Shown here piece by piece: positions 13,653 through 26,330 of a DNA stretch of 64,000 nt. The notes below the pieces were generated by a model, which was given only the letters and a program-made list of their open reading frames with translations, ran no database searches and had not been told where the DNA came from. The position numbers were made by a program, and so were the translations under genes. Each line of letters opens with the position of its first letter. The stretch's first letter is position 1. Source of the stretch: Chrysomallon squamiferum (Eukaryota > Animalia > Mollusca); assembly GCA_012295275.1 (NCBI GenBank), contig CM022678.1, positions 12,462,001 through 12,526,000 on the forward strand. Direction: 5' to 3'.

Positions 13653-14256
13653 TATTTCATTAATTGACTAATCTAAAAAACTTACTGTTTGTTTCTATGC
13701 AAACAAAAAAGAGGGGAGTTCTTGAATGTTTCACAGTCATGTTCAGTCATTTGACACAAAATATATATAAAACAACACAAAACAAAACACAATGCCTTTG
13801 TAACAAAAAAACAAACAGAAAGTAACAGCAACGTGTTAAAATAAATTACGTTTATTTTTGTAAATTTATTGACGTAGCTGTAGATAAACAGTGTACGAAT
13901 CAACTGCACATTATCACCACATTTCATATAATAATTAATACTGGGAAATCAATTTAATTATTTTAATAAAATTAAACAATGACACACACACACACACACA
14001 CCATACAATTATATAAATCAATTTAATATGTCGGAAAATAATAGATTAGATTCATTGCACTTATAAAAATAATAAAATATATTAAATTTACAGTGACAAT
14101 TATGCTTGAGGTTTGCGTATATTTAAGATGTTGTTTCATTTTTAATCATCTCGTTTGTGTCAACTGACTGAACATGACATTGTGAAACATTCAAGAACTC
14201 CTCTCTTTAACGCATAGAAACAAACAGTAAGTTTAGATTAGTCAATTAATGAAATA
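13653..14256. mobile_element. MITE-like element with ~105-bp terminal inverted repeats
   Basis: 13653-13760 is the reverse complement of 14154-14256 (tttgtgtca..ctgaacatgac..gtgaaacattcaagaactc..gcatagaaacaaacagtaagtt..tagattagtcaattaatgaaata). A diverged solo arm lies at ~9360-9452. Confidence 0.7.
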
Positions 14257-14787
14257 ATATATTTAATTAATAAGTTTAAAACCATTTATATATATATATA
14301 TATATATATTTATTTATTTTAAATAAAATGAAATAAACCTATTTAATATAGAGAAGGGATATATAATTATTATTATTTTATTACTATTGTGTGTACGTGA
14401 CTAAAATCATATATTCACCTTGTATGCTGTTTTTCATTATAATAGTTTATTTATATATCTTACGAAAAGACCATGATACCGCCAGTTCACTATTCAAGTT
14501 TAAACACGATACAATTTTGGCGGTTAAATGTATTATCTTTCTCTGTCCAAATACAAGCCAGATGCTATCTCTATTATTATTACATGTGTGATAGGCTCTA
14601 ACCAGCATTTTATAAATCAATTCAATACACAAACTATGTTAAGGTAGTTGTTTGTATTAATCCTGTTTACTTTACCACAAGAATTAAAGAATTTCACGAG
14701 TATTTTTTATCAGAAGAAACAAAAGTTTTATTGAAAACTTCAAAGCTACTACCCCTTCTTTACATGAATTGGTATCTTCCGCTCAGT

Positions 14788-14826
14788 AAGTGTCGTCTGT
14801 AAAAACCGGGCTTCACTAATGCAAGA
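14788..14826 (+). promoter_or_regulatory. Putative TSS / non-coding first exon of the TRIM-like gene
   Basis: tgtcgtctgtaaaaaccgggcttcac is followed by the donor caaga|gtaaat, ~200 bp upstream of the acceptor before the ATG. A similar motif precedes a donor on the minus strand at 44768-44848. Confidence 0.4.
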
Positions 14827-14913
14827 GTAAATTGACATCGCAGACGAACAAGCGGATAAATTTGTTTTCAGCTGTTAAAATTTTCATTTCTCTAGAATAA
14901 GTAAGTAAAATTT

Positions 14914-14944
<31 letters not shown>

Positions 14945-14959
14945 TTATTATTATTATTA

Positions 14960-15019
<60 letters not shown>

Positions 15020-15025
15020 TCAGAT

Positions 15026-15573
15026 ATGGCAACAGCTTCAAACTGCGATGATAATTTATCTTGCTGTCTTTGCATGGACATTTTCGACAAGCCACGAGTT
15101 CTTTCTTGTGGACATTCGTTTTGTTCGAAATGCCTGCAGGACTTCTTGTGTCACAATTACAACAACGATGATACAGAAATAAGCTGCCCGTTCTGCAGGC
15201 AGAACGTCCACATCCCAGACAGCACGAAACCAGTATATACGTGGGCAGTTCAGTTTCCTATTAACAAGTCACTGGTCGACGCCATTAATGATCAGCTACA
15301 ATCAAAGTTTTGTGAGTCAGCTGTGTTTATATCTATTATAATAAATATAATTAAAGAAAATACAGTGATTATTTCACTCAGAATATTTATGTCGTGTATT
15401 AACTTCGCAGCATAAAGAAATTAAGGACATTTTATCTATAACATTTATCTACCCAGTATGTACATTGAGTTGATAAAATAAATGTTATAACTCTTTACAT
15501 TGTACGCATCTCTTTATTAATAGTATTAGTACTAATTACTAATTCTATTATTATAATAATAATAATAATAATA

Positions 15574-15612
<39 letters not shown>

Positions 15613-16999
15613 TAATTAATAAATTATTTATTTATTATTTATTTATTTATTTATTTCAGGTAAAAAGGGAGATATTTCACTTCTGAGTTCTGTTTGTGAG
15701 AGTCTCAAAAACTTTAAAGAAATTCTTCAGACAGAGATGGATGATAAGATTGAGCAGCTTCGCCAAGCCGTCGACATCAACGTCGTGGACACCACAGAAG
15801 AGGTCAGAAGGATTGGTAACACACTAATCACAGATTTCACAGACGCAGTCCACAAAGAACAAGATAGGCTAATAAGAGAAATAGAAAAATCTCAGAACTT
15901 TGTAACCTCAGAAATAGAAAAATTGTTTAGTGAACACAAACATCTGATTGATGAAAATGAAAAGTTTATAAAACTTGGTGAACATTTGTTAAAAGAAAAA
16001 TCAGAGTCAGACATAAAAATAAATCTTCCAAAATTCTCCAAATTTCAAAACACAACTTCAAAGTTTCTGTCAAATTCTCTTTCACAAATAGAAAAAGCAG
16101 AATTCAAAATAAATCTCAGAAAATCAGTTAAAAAGAAAGAAATTTCTGTGCACATTGGTGAAATAATCACAAACATCCAAACAGACACACAGATAAACAG
16201 AGTGACAGACACACTCAAACACACAGACACCATTAACATAACAACACAAGAAGATAAACAAAATCCTTTTCTATCTTCCATCCTGGTGTCAGGTGAGGAC
16301 AAGAGTAAAATTGTTGTTAGTGATTATTACAATAGATGTGTAAAATGTTTTTGTTTAGAAAGAAAATCACTGATAAACAAACACGTGACTTCCTGTCCAC
16401 CAGTTGGTCTTGCTGAATCACGTGATCAGCAGGGTGATGTTGTTGTCATTGTTCTGCCAGTTGAAAAGAAAATATTGTTTTTAAATTTGGAAAACTTCAA
16501 ACTGATAAAAACAGTTACAACTGATAAAAAGTATCAATATATCGCTGTGTTACCTGGCAACAGTCTCGCGGTCACTGAGTGGTTTAATCAGTACTTGGAC
16601 ATACTGACAGACAGTGGTCAGCTCATTAATTCTATCTCAACAGATTTGATCCCCAGTCCATGGTTTCTCACAGTTCACGATCAATGTCTGATTGTTGTGT
16701 CAAAGAGAGAAAACAGTTTATTTTGTGTGACGTCATCAGGTGACGTCAAATGGGAGTCACGTGATTCAGACAAACTGAGAGACTTGAGAGGTGTTACATG
16801 TGACAGGGGCGGAAATATTTTTGTTTGTAGTTATAATAAAAATTGTGTTGTTCAGTTGTCACGAGATGGTAACATTACACGTGACATCCTCACTGACCAG
16901 GATGGACTGTCTAAACCTTGTTTTGTCTGCTGTAATGACAACAAACTGTACGTGGAACAGAATAGTGAAATAAAAATATTTACTTGGTGTAAAAAGTAA
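15026..16999 (+). CDS. TRIM-like E3 ubiquitin ligase: C3HC4 RING + coiled coil + NHL/6-bladed beta-propeller, no B-box (exons 15026-15311, 15660-16999; 541 aa)
   Basis: RING: CCLCMDIFDKPRVLSCGHSFCSKCL..ISCPFCR. The phase-1 GT-AG intron joins in frame to the 420-aa ORF. NHL-like blades include IVVSDYYNRCVKCF and RGVTCDRGGNIFVCSYNKNCVVQLSRDG. No stops; AATAAA follows downstream. Confidence 0.9.
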
Positions 17000-17959
17000 A
17001 CTTCAAACTGTCTGCTAACTTAGTTTCTCTTAACTTTTTGAAGTTGAACGTCCACAGACATTTATTTCTGATAAATAAACAGAAAATCGGTTATTTATTT
17101 ACTGTAAGGAAATTAATTTTGTTGATTTGTTTACTTTATTTTTATTTTTAAATATGTTATTTATTTGTTATGAATTACTTTATCGTTTAACCTTGCTAAA
17201 TTACAAAAGAATTTCACTTTAAAACAAACTGATTTACGTTTGAAAATTTCACCAAGTAATGTCGTTTCCTCTTCCGCCCCCCCCCCTCTCTCTCTCTCTC
17301 TCTAAACTATTTTATTATTTTGTAATGTAGTTTATTTCAAAGAAAGCTATAATTAAAATATATTTTGTACATACTACAATGTAATCAGACAAAAGTGCAA
17401 TAAAATATTTACATGATAATAAATCAAATTCTTCTGTCTTTATTTCTTTTAAATTTTAAAACTATTTTACATTGTTTCGTATCTCTTTGACTGCATAGCT
17501 ATTATATATTCACCTAACTGTGTGTGTGTCTGGGTATCTGTCTGTCTGTCTGTCTGCATAATATAATTAATGTGCATAATATCAGTGTTGAACAAAGTAG
17601 TTCACTGTTGAGATTTATTATAAATTTATTATTAACTCCTAACACAAATTATTGTTTTGGCCCACGTGTGGGAAAAAAGTTTCCAACATTTACATTTTTA
17701 TTCTGCTTGACATATTTTATAAATTTCTCTCTTAGACATGAAGTTAAGTTTAGTTTTTTATTTATTTATTTATTTTATCCCCAAAGAAAGAAACAAACAA
17801 ATAAAAGGAAAGAAGAAAAAAAAAAAACACAAACACACACACACACAAAATAAAAATAAAATCAGAGAAATAACCTTACAAAACAAAAATGTCTAAGCCA
17901 AGAAGAAAACGACAAAAACAAAGAAAAAAAAAAAACATAACCGATGTTTTAAAACGTGA

Positions 17960-18100
17960 CTAAATGTGAAACTGGATACCTCACTTGAGGTCTACAGACA
18001 CGTGTTTTAAATCCGAGTGTTAGCGATCATGTTTCGTCTTTATTTAGTGTGGACACTCAAGTTAGTTTGAGTAGGGAACAATTCACAATACTCACGTAGC
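17960..18100 (+). mobile_element. Degenerate SINE-like repeat
   Basis: aactggatacctcacttgaggtcta..ttttaaatcc..ttagcgatcatgttt recurs at 56772-56895 and partly at 61835-61860, with a degenerate B-box-like segment. Confidence 0.4.
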
Positions 18101-18633
18101 AGGGGCACATTGACGGAACTGCGATCTGAAGTATTTTTTTTATTTATTTTTTTTTTTTTTTAGTTTATTCTGATTCTGATTATTAATGTTATGGTTGTTA
18201 TTGTTGTTGCTGTTGCTGTTGTTGTTGTACTATTTTTGGGTCAGTTTATTTATTTTACAACAATAATAATAGCACTAATATGAACATTAACTGTAATCAT
18301 TTTATCTACATACATACATACTGACATAAATAACCTCATATACAAACATACACATATGTTTATACACAGATTATTCTCATTGTGCAGTCTAAACGTATCA
18401 AAACAGAATATTGATTCCTGTATAAATTCATACATGTATAGCAACATTTACACACAGATATGTTCATACACAGAAGTGGATCGCGCACACACACGCACAC
18501 ATACGTACACACACACATGTACACACATACATATTAAACTTGTTTTAACGTTTGCTTTTCTTCTTCTTGTTCGTCTTATTATTATTATCATTAAAATAAC
18601 TATTTTTATTATTATTACTACTACTTCTTCTCT

Positions 18634-18710
<77 letters not shown>

Positions 18711-18935
18711 TGTTGATTTAGAAACCAATACAGATATCCTATAGGAAAACACACATAAAAATAAAAAATATAAAATAAAACAACAACAACAATATATTCC
18801 TAGATAGATACACATAGATACGTAATAGATATATAGACACAAAATATATACTTCTATAGATACACATACGGTGATACGCATACAGAAGAAAACATACAAA
18901 GTTTACTTATATAGATACAAACACATATTAACATA

Positions 18936-20060
18936 GTATAACCGTGATTAATTTTGTTCTTGGTTATTATTTTGCTGTAGAACTAATTTGGGGAATGCAG
19001 TCTGGGAGCAATGGGTTCCAGTCTAATTATAAAAATTAAAGAGAGATGAGCCGAGTTCCGAAGTGTTTATTGTAACCGGACACTTGAACGGACAAATTAA
19101 CGTGCTAATCAGAGCAAGCTGTTGTGAAAGCACGTCTACGACGGGCACGCTTTCTGACAGGTCAGTGGGTGTGTCCGTCGCAGAAAAGAGTTTTGGTTAA
19201 GGATAGACAGCAGGCTCTCGTTACGATTGCAGAACAGAAGGGAGTGTCCAGCATATCCGATCATAACGAATCGGTTGCGATGTTTCGTAGACGTTATCCG
19301 CTCCTTGTTGTTTTCGGCACTTGTCTAGCTCGTTGAAGATCTCCTATTCACCACCGAGTCCGTGTTGGTCGCATTCTGTTTGTTTGTTCTGTTCTCGGCT
19401 GCTGATGATATTTCCTTGTTCTTTTTGGCTGCTTCCCTCTGGTCCAACAATTCTAATGTTTGTTGTTGTTTTTTTGCCAATGGTCTTTCTACTGATTTAA
19501 ACGATGTTATAAACACCTGCTACTAAAAAGAATAAGAACATGAATTCAGTTAACTTATTTACATTTTATTTTATTTTATTTTTGCCAAATGTCTTTTTAT
19601 TGATTTAAAAGATGCTATAAACACCGGCAACTAAAAATAAGAACATGAGCGTAGTTAATTTATTTACATTTATTATAATATACAAAAAAAAAAAAAAAAA
19701 AAAAAATAAATAAATAAGTAAGTAAATAAAAACTGGACACTGGTCTGTGCGTTATTTTATAATACACGGCTCATATCGTTACTATTAATGCATTTAGGTA
19801 TTTTAGTTGTTGTCAAGATTATTGCCGTAATCAATTTACTCCGGATAAGACATCTTTTGTCTACAGCTGTCCTTAATCGGCGCATACCCATTAATTGGAG
19901 CCGGCTCATATCATTATGTATTAATGTATTTAGGTATTTTAATTAATTATATGTCTGTTGTTAGATTGGATGGATTGTAATTTGACGACTTTGGCTTTAT
20001 AACTTTGGTTGCTATAAATATATTTTATTTAATCTGCTTATGGTATGTCTAAGAGAGGCG
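18936..20060 (-). repeat. Putative 3' LTR (~1.1 kb) of the Gypsy element
   Basis: Follows a gcttttgaggacaaaagc hairpin and a purine tract (20061-20121). It contains a minus-strand AATAAA (19066-19071), and its end (aatcacggttatac) matches the end of the second copy at ~59885. Internal tandem duplications lie at 19486-19680 and at 19767/19902. The inner boundary is approximate. Confidence 0.6.
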
Positions 20061-20292
20061 TTTTTTTTTTCTCCCACTATGATGTACCCTCGGATATCAT
20101 GTAGCTTTTGTCCTCAAAAGCAAAACAAGTTTTAATGTTTAATAACATAATATACATACATACATATATTTACATACATATTCAATACAAAGTCTGTACT
20201 AATAATTCACGAGTATTGCCCTATGCCATTTTTTTTTTTTTTTTTTTTCTGTGAATTAAAATGTATTCCCTGACGAATCTGGTCCCAGAACC

Positions 20293-20928
20293 TTAAAAAA
20301 AGACGTGATGAACCAGTAATACATAAGCAGTAAATGGTTGCCAGAAGAGACTATGTAACTTCCTAGCTGTGAGGGCAAGTGATATGTGTTTAAGCTTGTT
20401 GGTTATATGAAATCCAGGCCAGGTAACAGTTAGTGAGGAGAAGAAATATCCAGAGATTTGTAGGTTGTCTATATAGTTAGGTGGTTCGATTAACCAATAA
20501 GAAGTACACAGTGACTGGAATATTATAGGAATAGTGATACATACTGGACCTGATGTTATTTCCACCGTTATGCAGTGTTTGTGTGCCTGGCGTTGCCTTA
20601 CAATTAATATAATGATGAGGGCAATCATTAAGATTGATATTATTCCAAGCATAATGGAGATGTGATAGTTATTAAAGATGAGTCGGGTTGTGGCGTAGAG
20701 GCCGTATGGTAGTGAAAGGAAGGTAATTCTATAGTTTTGTCGTTGAACCGTTTTCACCGCAAGAACTGGAGTCGAGAATATCATCATTAGCCAAATGAGC
20801 AGTGTCTCCCAGATATAACCTATAACAAACTGAAACCAATGGGATACATCAGTAGGTGATCCAGAATTGAAATATGTTGTGGCCATCAACAATCTCAATA
20901 CTATGATAGAACACCCATTAAGTCTCAT
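20293..20928 (-). CDS. Envelope-like ORF3 of the Gypsy element, ectodomain apparently deleted in frame (211 aa)
   Basis: Starts right after the pol stop. It has a hydrophobic leader ending ..LLIWLMMIFSTPVLA, then VKTVQRQNYRITF, a TM helix SIMLGIISILMIALIIILIV, a basic stop-transfer RQRQAHKH and a ~95-aa tail. Confidence 0.65.
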   Translation of the reverse strand: MRLNGCSIIVLRLLMATTYFNSGSPTDVSHWFQFVIGYIWETLLIWLMMIFSTPVLAVKTVQRQNYRITFLSLPYGLYATTRLIFNNYHISIMLGIISILMIALIIILIVRQRQAHKHCITVEITSGPVCITIPIIFQSLCTSYWLIEPPNYIDNLQISGYFFSSLTVTWPGFHITNKLKHISLALTARKLHSLFWQPFTAYVLLVHHVFF

Positions 20929-23900
20929 GGCTAACAGGGAAAACTAGGTTTTGACCTAACTATGACAAATATTTACGACCCCTTTTTCGTCTGCGTTCAG
21001 ACTGTGTCTTGCGGATATGAAAAACTTTCAAAACATCTGGCTCAAAGTGTGTATGTGGCTCCCATGTGGGTGTAGGATAACTAACCCATTTGGTTAGGTA
21101 ATGTTGAACTCCCTGAATACGTTTCATTCTTATGAGACGTTCGATCATAAATGTTTTTGTACCCAACTGTGGAGACGGTGACTGGGTGGGCGACTGAGCA
21201 GTTGGTGTTGATTGTCATGATATAGGTTGGGATGATATTTTGGGATTCCTATTCATGTTAATATCGGCTTTTGTGCTTTTAGATCTTGGTGATCTTTGTT
21301 AACTGTTTGGCTTTTAGCCATGTTGTCTTTTGCAATAGCCTTGACTACTTTGAGATTGTCAATGAGGGCAGTGATATACGAGTTTTAGCGTCTTTGCCCA
21401 AGGTTGGTTTTGGAAGCAGAGAGGTATCAAATGGATCATTCGTCTGAGGGTGATAGGAGGATGTGTGATGATGTTTCACATCAAACAATTCGCAAATTGA
21501 ATTCACCAGAAGTGAAGTGAACTGACTTCCTCGGTCTGCGATGAGAGTTCGTGGTGCACCAGATCTTGTAAATACCTCATTGAAAAGAACTTTGCCAATT
21601 TCTGAAGCTTCTTGAGTACGTAGTGGAAATGCTTCTGTCCAGCGGGTGAAGGAGTCAACTACTGGAAGTATATATGTATATCCTTCTTTGGTAAAGGACC
21701 AAGAATATCAAAGTGAAGTTTCGAGAAGGTATCTTCGATAGGCATAGGAACCATGGGAGCAGGTTTTGCATGAGTGTAACGTTTGGACTTCTGACATTCT
21801 TCGCAGGAATGGATGTAGTTTTCTATGTCCTGGTACATACCTGGCCAGAAATATTTGGTTAGAATAGCTAGCTGAGTAGCATCTCTCCCAAAATGACAAC
21901 CTCCTGATTTTGAATCATGATAGGCAAGAAGAAGATCTTTCCTATCTTGAAGAGGGACAACCAGTTGTGTCACCATAGGTGGACGGTTGTTTTTCTGTCC
22001 TCTGTGCTTGGGCAGATAGAAATGGTATAAAATGCCATTTCGAAGATCACATTCTTGGGAGCGACCCTGGAGTCCTTTTACCTGTGACTCTGTATAGATA
22101 GACGGTATCTCATTCTTTTCAATGTAGTCGATGATATTCTTATATCAGGAGACTTGCGTTGTCTTTCTGCAATACTCTGCTCATCAAGGTTTACATGAAT
22201 TGATAGAACGAAAGGTTCATTTGGAACTGTCTCATGATGATAATGGAAGTCCACAGATAGTTGAATTGATTCATCAGAAGATGAACTGCAATCCGTTAGC
22301 AAATTCGTCTGGTGATGAACTGTGCTTCTAAAAATCGGATCGTCAGGAAGCCAGTGTTCTGATTCATCATGATGTGACGTACTGATTTTTGGTTGGGCAT
22401 GGTGTTCTGTTTTCTTGAACAATGACGTATCAGAAGTATGTTCTATAAACCAGTGCTATTGGATAACTGGCTTGTTGATGGATCAGTTGTCTGTCTGTTT
22501 CTTAAATCTAAAGAAGGAATATCATCTCTGACTGGCAGCGTTGTTGGTGAAGCATATGGGATCCTCGATAAGGCATCAGCATTTTTGTTCCTGCTCGGTG
22601 TATAATATCGAAATAATATTCTTGAAGCACGAGGAGAGGCAATGCCTGCAAAGTTGTAGACATATTTTCGATAGTAGCTGCAGACACCTAAGAAATGCCT
22701 AACATCATGGACCGTTTTTGGAGGTGGAATGTTAACCACTGCCTCAACTTTCGTCTTATCTATCTCAATGCCTTCTTTGCTGAACAAACGCCCAAGATAG
22801 GTTACCTATGACATCTTCAAATCTAGGCAAGGGAAAGAAAATTGGCTTTGTTACCGCATTCAATTTCCTGTAGTCAACAGCAAACCGGTAACTGCCATCA
22901 TGCTTCTTCACCATGACTACTGGAAAATGCCATTGTGATGTGCTTGGCTAAGTGATACCAGCATCAAGCATCTGTTGGACTTGGGTTGAACATTCTTTCC
23001 TAATTTGTACATTTTGTCTGTAGAAAGGAAGCCTAATGGTCTTGCATCACCTGTAGCTATTTTATGATTATGCAAGTCAGTTTTTCCTAGTTCAAACCAG
23101 TCTTTAGCAAATGCTGTACGATGACTTGCACAGAATTGTTGAAATTGCCATTTTAGCGATGGGGTGAGATCAGTCAGTTAGATCAAAGAAAATGTCAGTT
23201 GATTCAGGTTTATGTTTTGAGACAGATGAAACCTGGGGAAGATTAGAGGAGGTAGAATGGGCTACTTTTGTAATGGACACCATTATCTGATACCAGTTGC
23301 CACTACTATTCTGGATCTGAGCCAAATGGATAAGTTTGTAGGGTTTAAGACTCTAAGGAAAACAGACTTTTTAGATGTAATGATTAAGCACTTTGCACCT
23401 TGTAATTGTAAGTTTTGTAAACTCGATGTATGTTCTATAAGAAAAGTTTGGTCCTTACCACACCTGGATATTTGTACAGGCACATCAGCTTGTGATTTTG
23501 GGGCAACAACGACAAGTTTCCGTAGTCTTACATAGCCTGCATTTGTCTCTGCTAGACAAACAGAAATAAGATAAATGTAAAGTGTACAAGCCGCTAAGTC
23601 AATGGTAGCACTGTTGTGTGTAAGGAAGTCCATGCCAAAAATGAGGTAATGAAGAGAAGAAAAGACATGAAAGGTTTGTGAAATAGAAATGTTGCCAATC
23701 CGAATTCTAAGAGATAATGACCCTAAAACTGGGTGTTTTTCTCCCTCTACTCCTATGATGACAGGGATGTCAGACTTGGATATTAAGGGCTGTACTTGTA
23801 ATTTGTGCATGAACAGTTCGCTAATACAGATAATGGATGCACATATGTGTCGACAAGAGCGGTCATTTTAACTTGACCCACCTTAACTTAAACTGTGTTT

Positions 23901-25879
23901 TTTTGTTAAGGGAGCTACAAGTGAAACATATTCTGGTTTGTGCCTGATATCAGATCCTATCTGGTATGGCTGTTGTAGCGTTTAATGCATACTGATTCAT
24001 GGTGACCTCTATATGAACAAAATGTACAAATTGTGTTGGCATGTGGACAAACAAATCTATTAGGGCAATACTCACCATCCTTTACAGCGCTGTCGTGGTT
24101 GGGGTGGTGTAGGATGCTGGTATTTTCTGGTTGGCCGCTGCAATGGAGCCGACATTGGTCTGTTCTGGTGGGCTATCATTAACTTTATTAATTTTTTTTT
24201 TTTTTTTGTTGCTACTTTATAATGTTATAGCTTTTTAAACTTATGTTACTGTTTCTTTATCTATATTATTGTTGTTGTTGTTTGTTGTTGTTGGCAGTGT
24301 TGTTAGGTACTCAAAAGTAATTTTCAGTTTCAGAAATAATAATAATGATGACAGTAATAAGAAAAACAATAAACTGTGACTATAAATAAATAAGTAATCC
24401 ATTTAATGAAGGACCCTGTGTAATAATAAAGGTTTTACATTATTTTATCTTCTCATTTTATCTTCTGATTTTTCATTATTTATTCCCCATTCCGTGACAA
24501 TTTTAGGCTACTTAATTATTGCATAAATACATTAAATTCCTTATAAATGTTACATAAACCTTTTGCTGCATACCAGAGGAAAGTGGTTTCAGCTGTTTTT
24601 CAGATACTCCTCAGAGGTTCCTTTTTTATGAAACAAAATTGGCATCTACGAAAAGTAAAATCAGAAAAAGAAAATTGTATTTGATCATTCTTTGAAGCTA
24701 AATTTTATATCAAACAACATTTATAATTAAAATAAACCATATATCTGTGATACTTAAGGACTGTCATTCTTATAAACTAAATAAAAAAAACAAAAACAAC
24801 TAACCTCTGAACCCAGTGAAAATGCAGGTGACATCACATCACCAATAGCAGATCAAAATCCTGAAGAAGGATTTCCACTTTCAGCAACAAGCAGTCACAG
24901 TTTCTGAAATACTGAACACAGACAAAACTGAGTTGTATAAGCATATAACAAAATGCATTGCATAAAAATACAATAAATGGTTATAATTAAAAACTTTTAT
25001 CTATTTCTCTACTTAAATATTTAGAATACCTTTTCAACAATAAAAAACAAACAAAAAATCCTGACTATAACACAATTATCTCTCTGTTATTTGAAATTTT
25101 AGAGATCATAAATTACTTTACTTTTCATATTACAGAAACATAGACCAGGAAATTCTAATCCTTTATAAATGAATAAATACATATTATTTAATATATCAAT
25201 AAATTTTCTTTATGGAAATTTCTTACACAACTCTAGTTGAAAATCAAGTTCAGATTATTTGCATATAATGGATGCATCATGAATATTCATAACTAAGATG
25301 CAAAATAAATCAGTTTTTTATAAACTATTTCAATTATCAAATATATAAAAATATGAACTAAGTCATCTAAAACATACCAACATTCTGAATATAACAATAT
25401 CTGTGTCTCATAGTTCTAATCTTATATGTGGCTCTTACTACAGAAATGGGGTTTATGGTCTTTCTGACAAGTCTAGATCCAGTTTCTTCAGTACACTCCT
25501 GTACCTCATCATGCAGCTTGAGGAATTTGTAACCTGCTTAAACACTACAAACTCTGATCAGACTGTGTGAGTGTACACTCTGATCTGCATCTACAATGGT
25601 AAGCCCTGTTTCTGCAGTCAGACCCACATATAACAATAACAACCCATTCTTCCAGTTAAAGGACAAAACTGATTCATACGTCATACAGACAACTTTACAA
25701 TCTCATCAACCAGTGATAGTGAGTCTTCTGCTTTTTTCTGATCAAAAAGTCAAATGGAAAGCTTTCCCTGCAGCATAGTGTATTCATTCTTCCTAAGACC
25801 AATTACTTGTTCAAGATGAATCTAACCTGTCATGTTGTCTTGACATCCACAGACAATGAGACAGTGATGTGAAAAACCA

Positions 25880-26330
25880 TTAGTAAAATGTGTGCTGAAA
25901 ATGTGTGCATATCTCCGAATCCGATTCACGCTTGGTTCGCACAAACATAAAACATCCGAATCCATTTGGATTTTTGTGAAATATTTCCAAAATTCTATTA
26001 AAATGAATAATCAACAAGTAAAACGTTACCGAATTAAAAATAAAAAATAGTCTGGCTGTCAAGCATCAGTTTAAACTGGTTTGAAAAGCGTAGCATACAT
26101 TCGAATCCGTGTATGTTCGAAACATCATGATTTATCGAGACAGGTCTGGCCTGAAGCCAAACGGTGGTTGGCCCATTTCTATAAATCAAATTGCCAAGAA
26201 AAAGAACCGAAAGGAACGTGCTTGTTCAGTTCTTACATAAATAACAATTATAGCGTAATTTAAATTTGGCATTATAAATTAGATTATTTTGTCTGTCTGT
26301 TGAACATACCGAACATAAAATTAAGAATAC
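25880..26330. promoter_or_regulatory. CpG-retaining island, candidate promoter of the decayed + strand gene
   Basis: A local cluster of CG dinucleotides flanked by kilobases nearly devoid of CG; the first ATG exon lies ~660 bp downstream. Confidence 0.4.

Larger units (their letters stand above)
18936..24180 (-). mobile_element. Decayed Ty3/Gypsy LTR retroelement: gag(ZnK)-PR-RT-IN-chromodomain + env-like ORF3 + 3' LTR; 5' end missing
   Basis: Minus-strand order: zinc knuckle CTFCSYRGHHESVC (23987-24028); protease ALVDT..SIICISE (~23810-23872); RT VVMVKKHDGSYRFAVDYRKLN and KEGIEIDKTKVEAV..VRHFLGVCSYYRKYV (RT core and RNase H deleted); NADALSR; IN HHCC (HDSKSGGCHFG..YFWPGM..CEECQ); LHFDILGPLP; VDSFTRWTEAFPL; chromodomain (~21010-21150); ORF3. 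Confidence 0.92.

Noticed and set aside
16045-16973. Alternative-frame and antisense ORFs within the TRIM exon
   Set aside because: These are shadow ORFs of the real CDS.
19124-19516. Two short ORFs in GC-richer sequence
   Set aside because: They lie within the inferred LTR and have no recognisable domain.
25380-25880. Coding-like GC-richer stretch beside the CpG patch
   Set aside because: No sustained frame or recognisable motif on either strand; left uncalled.
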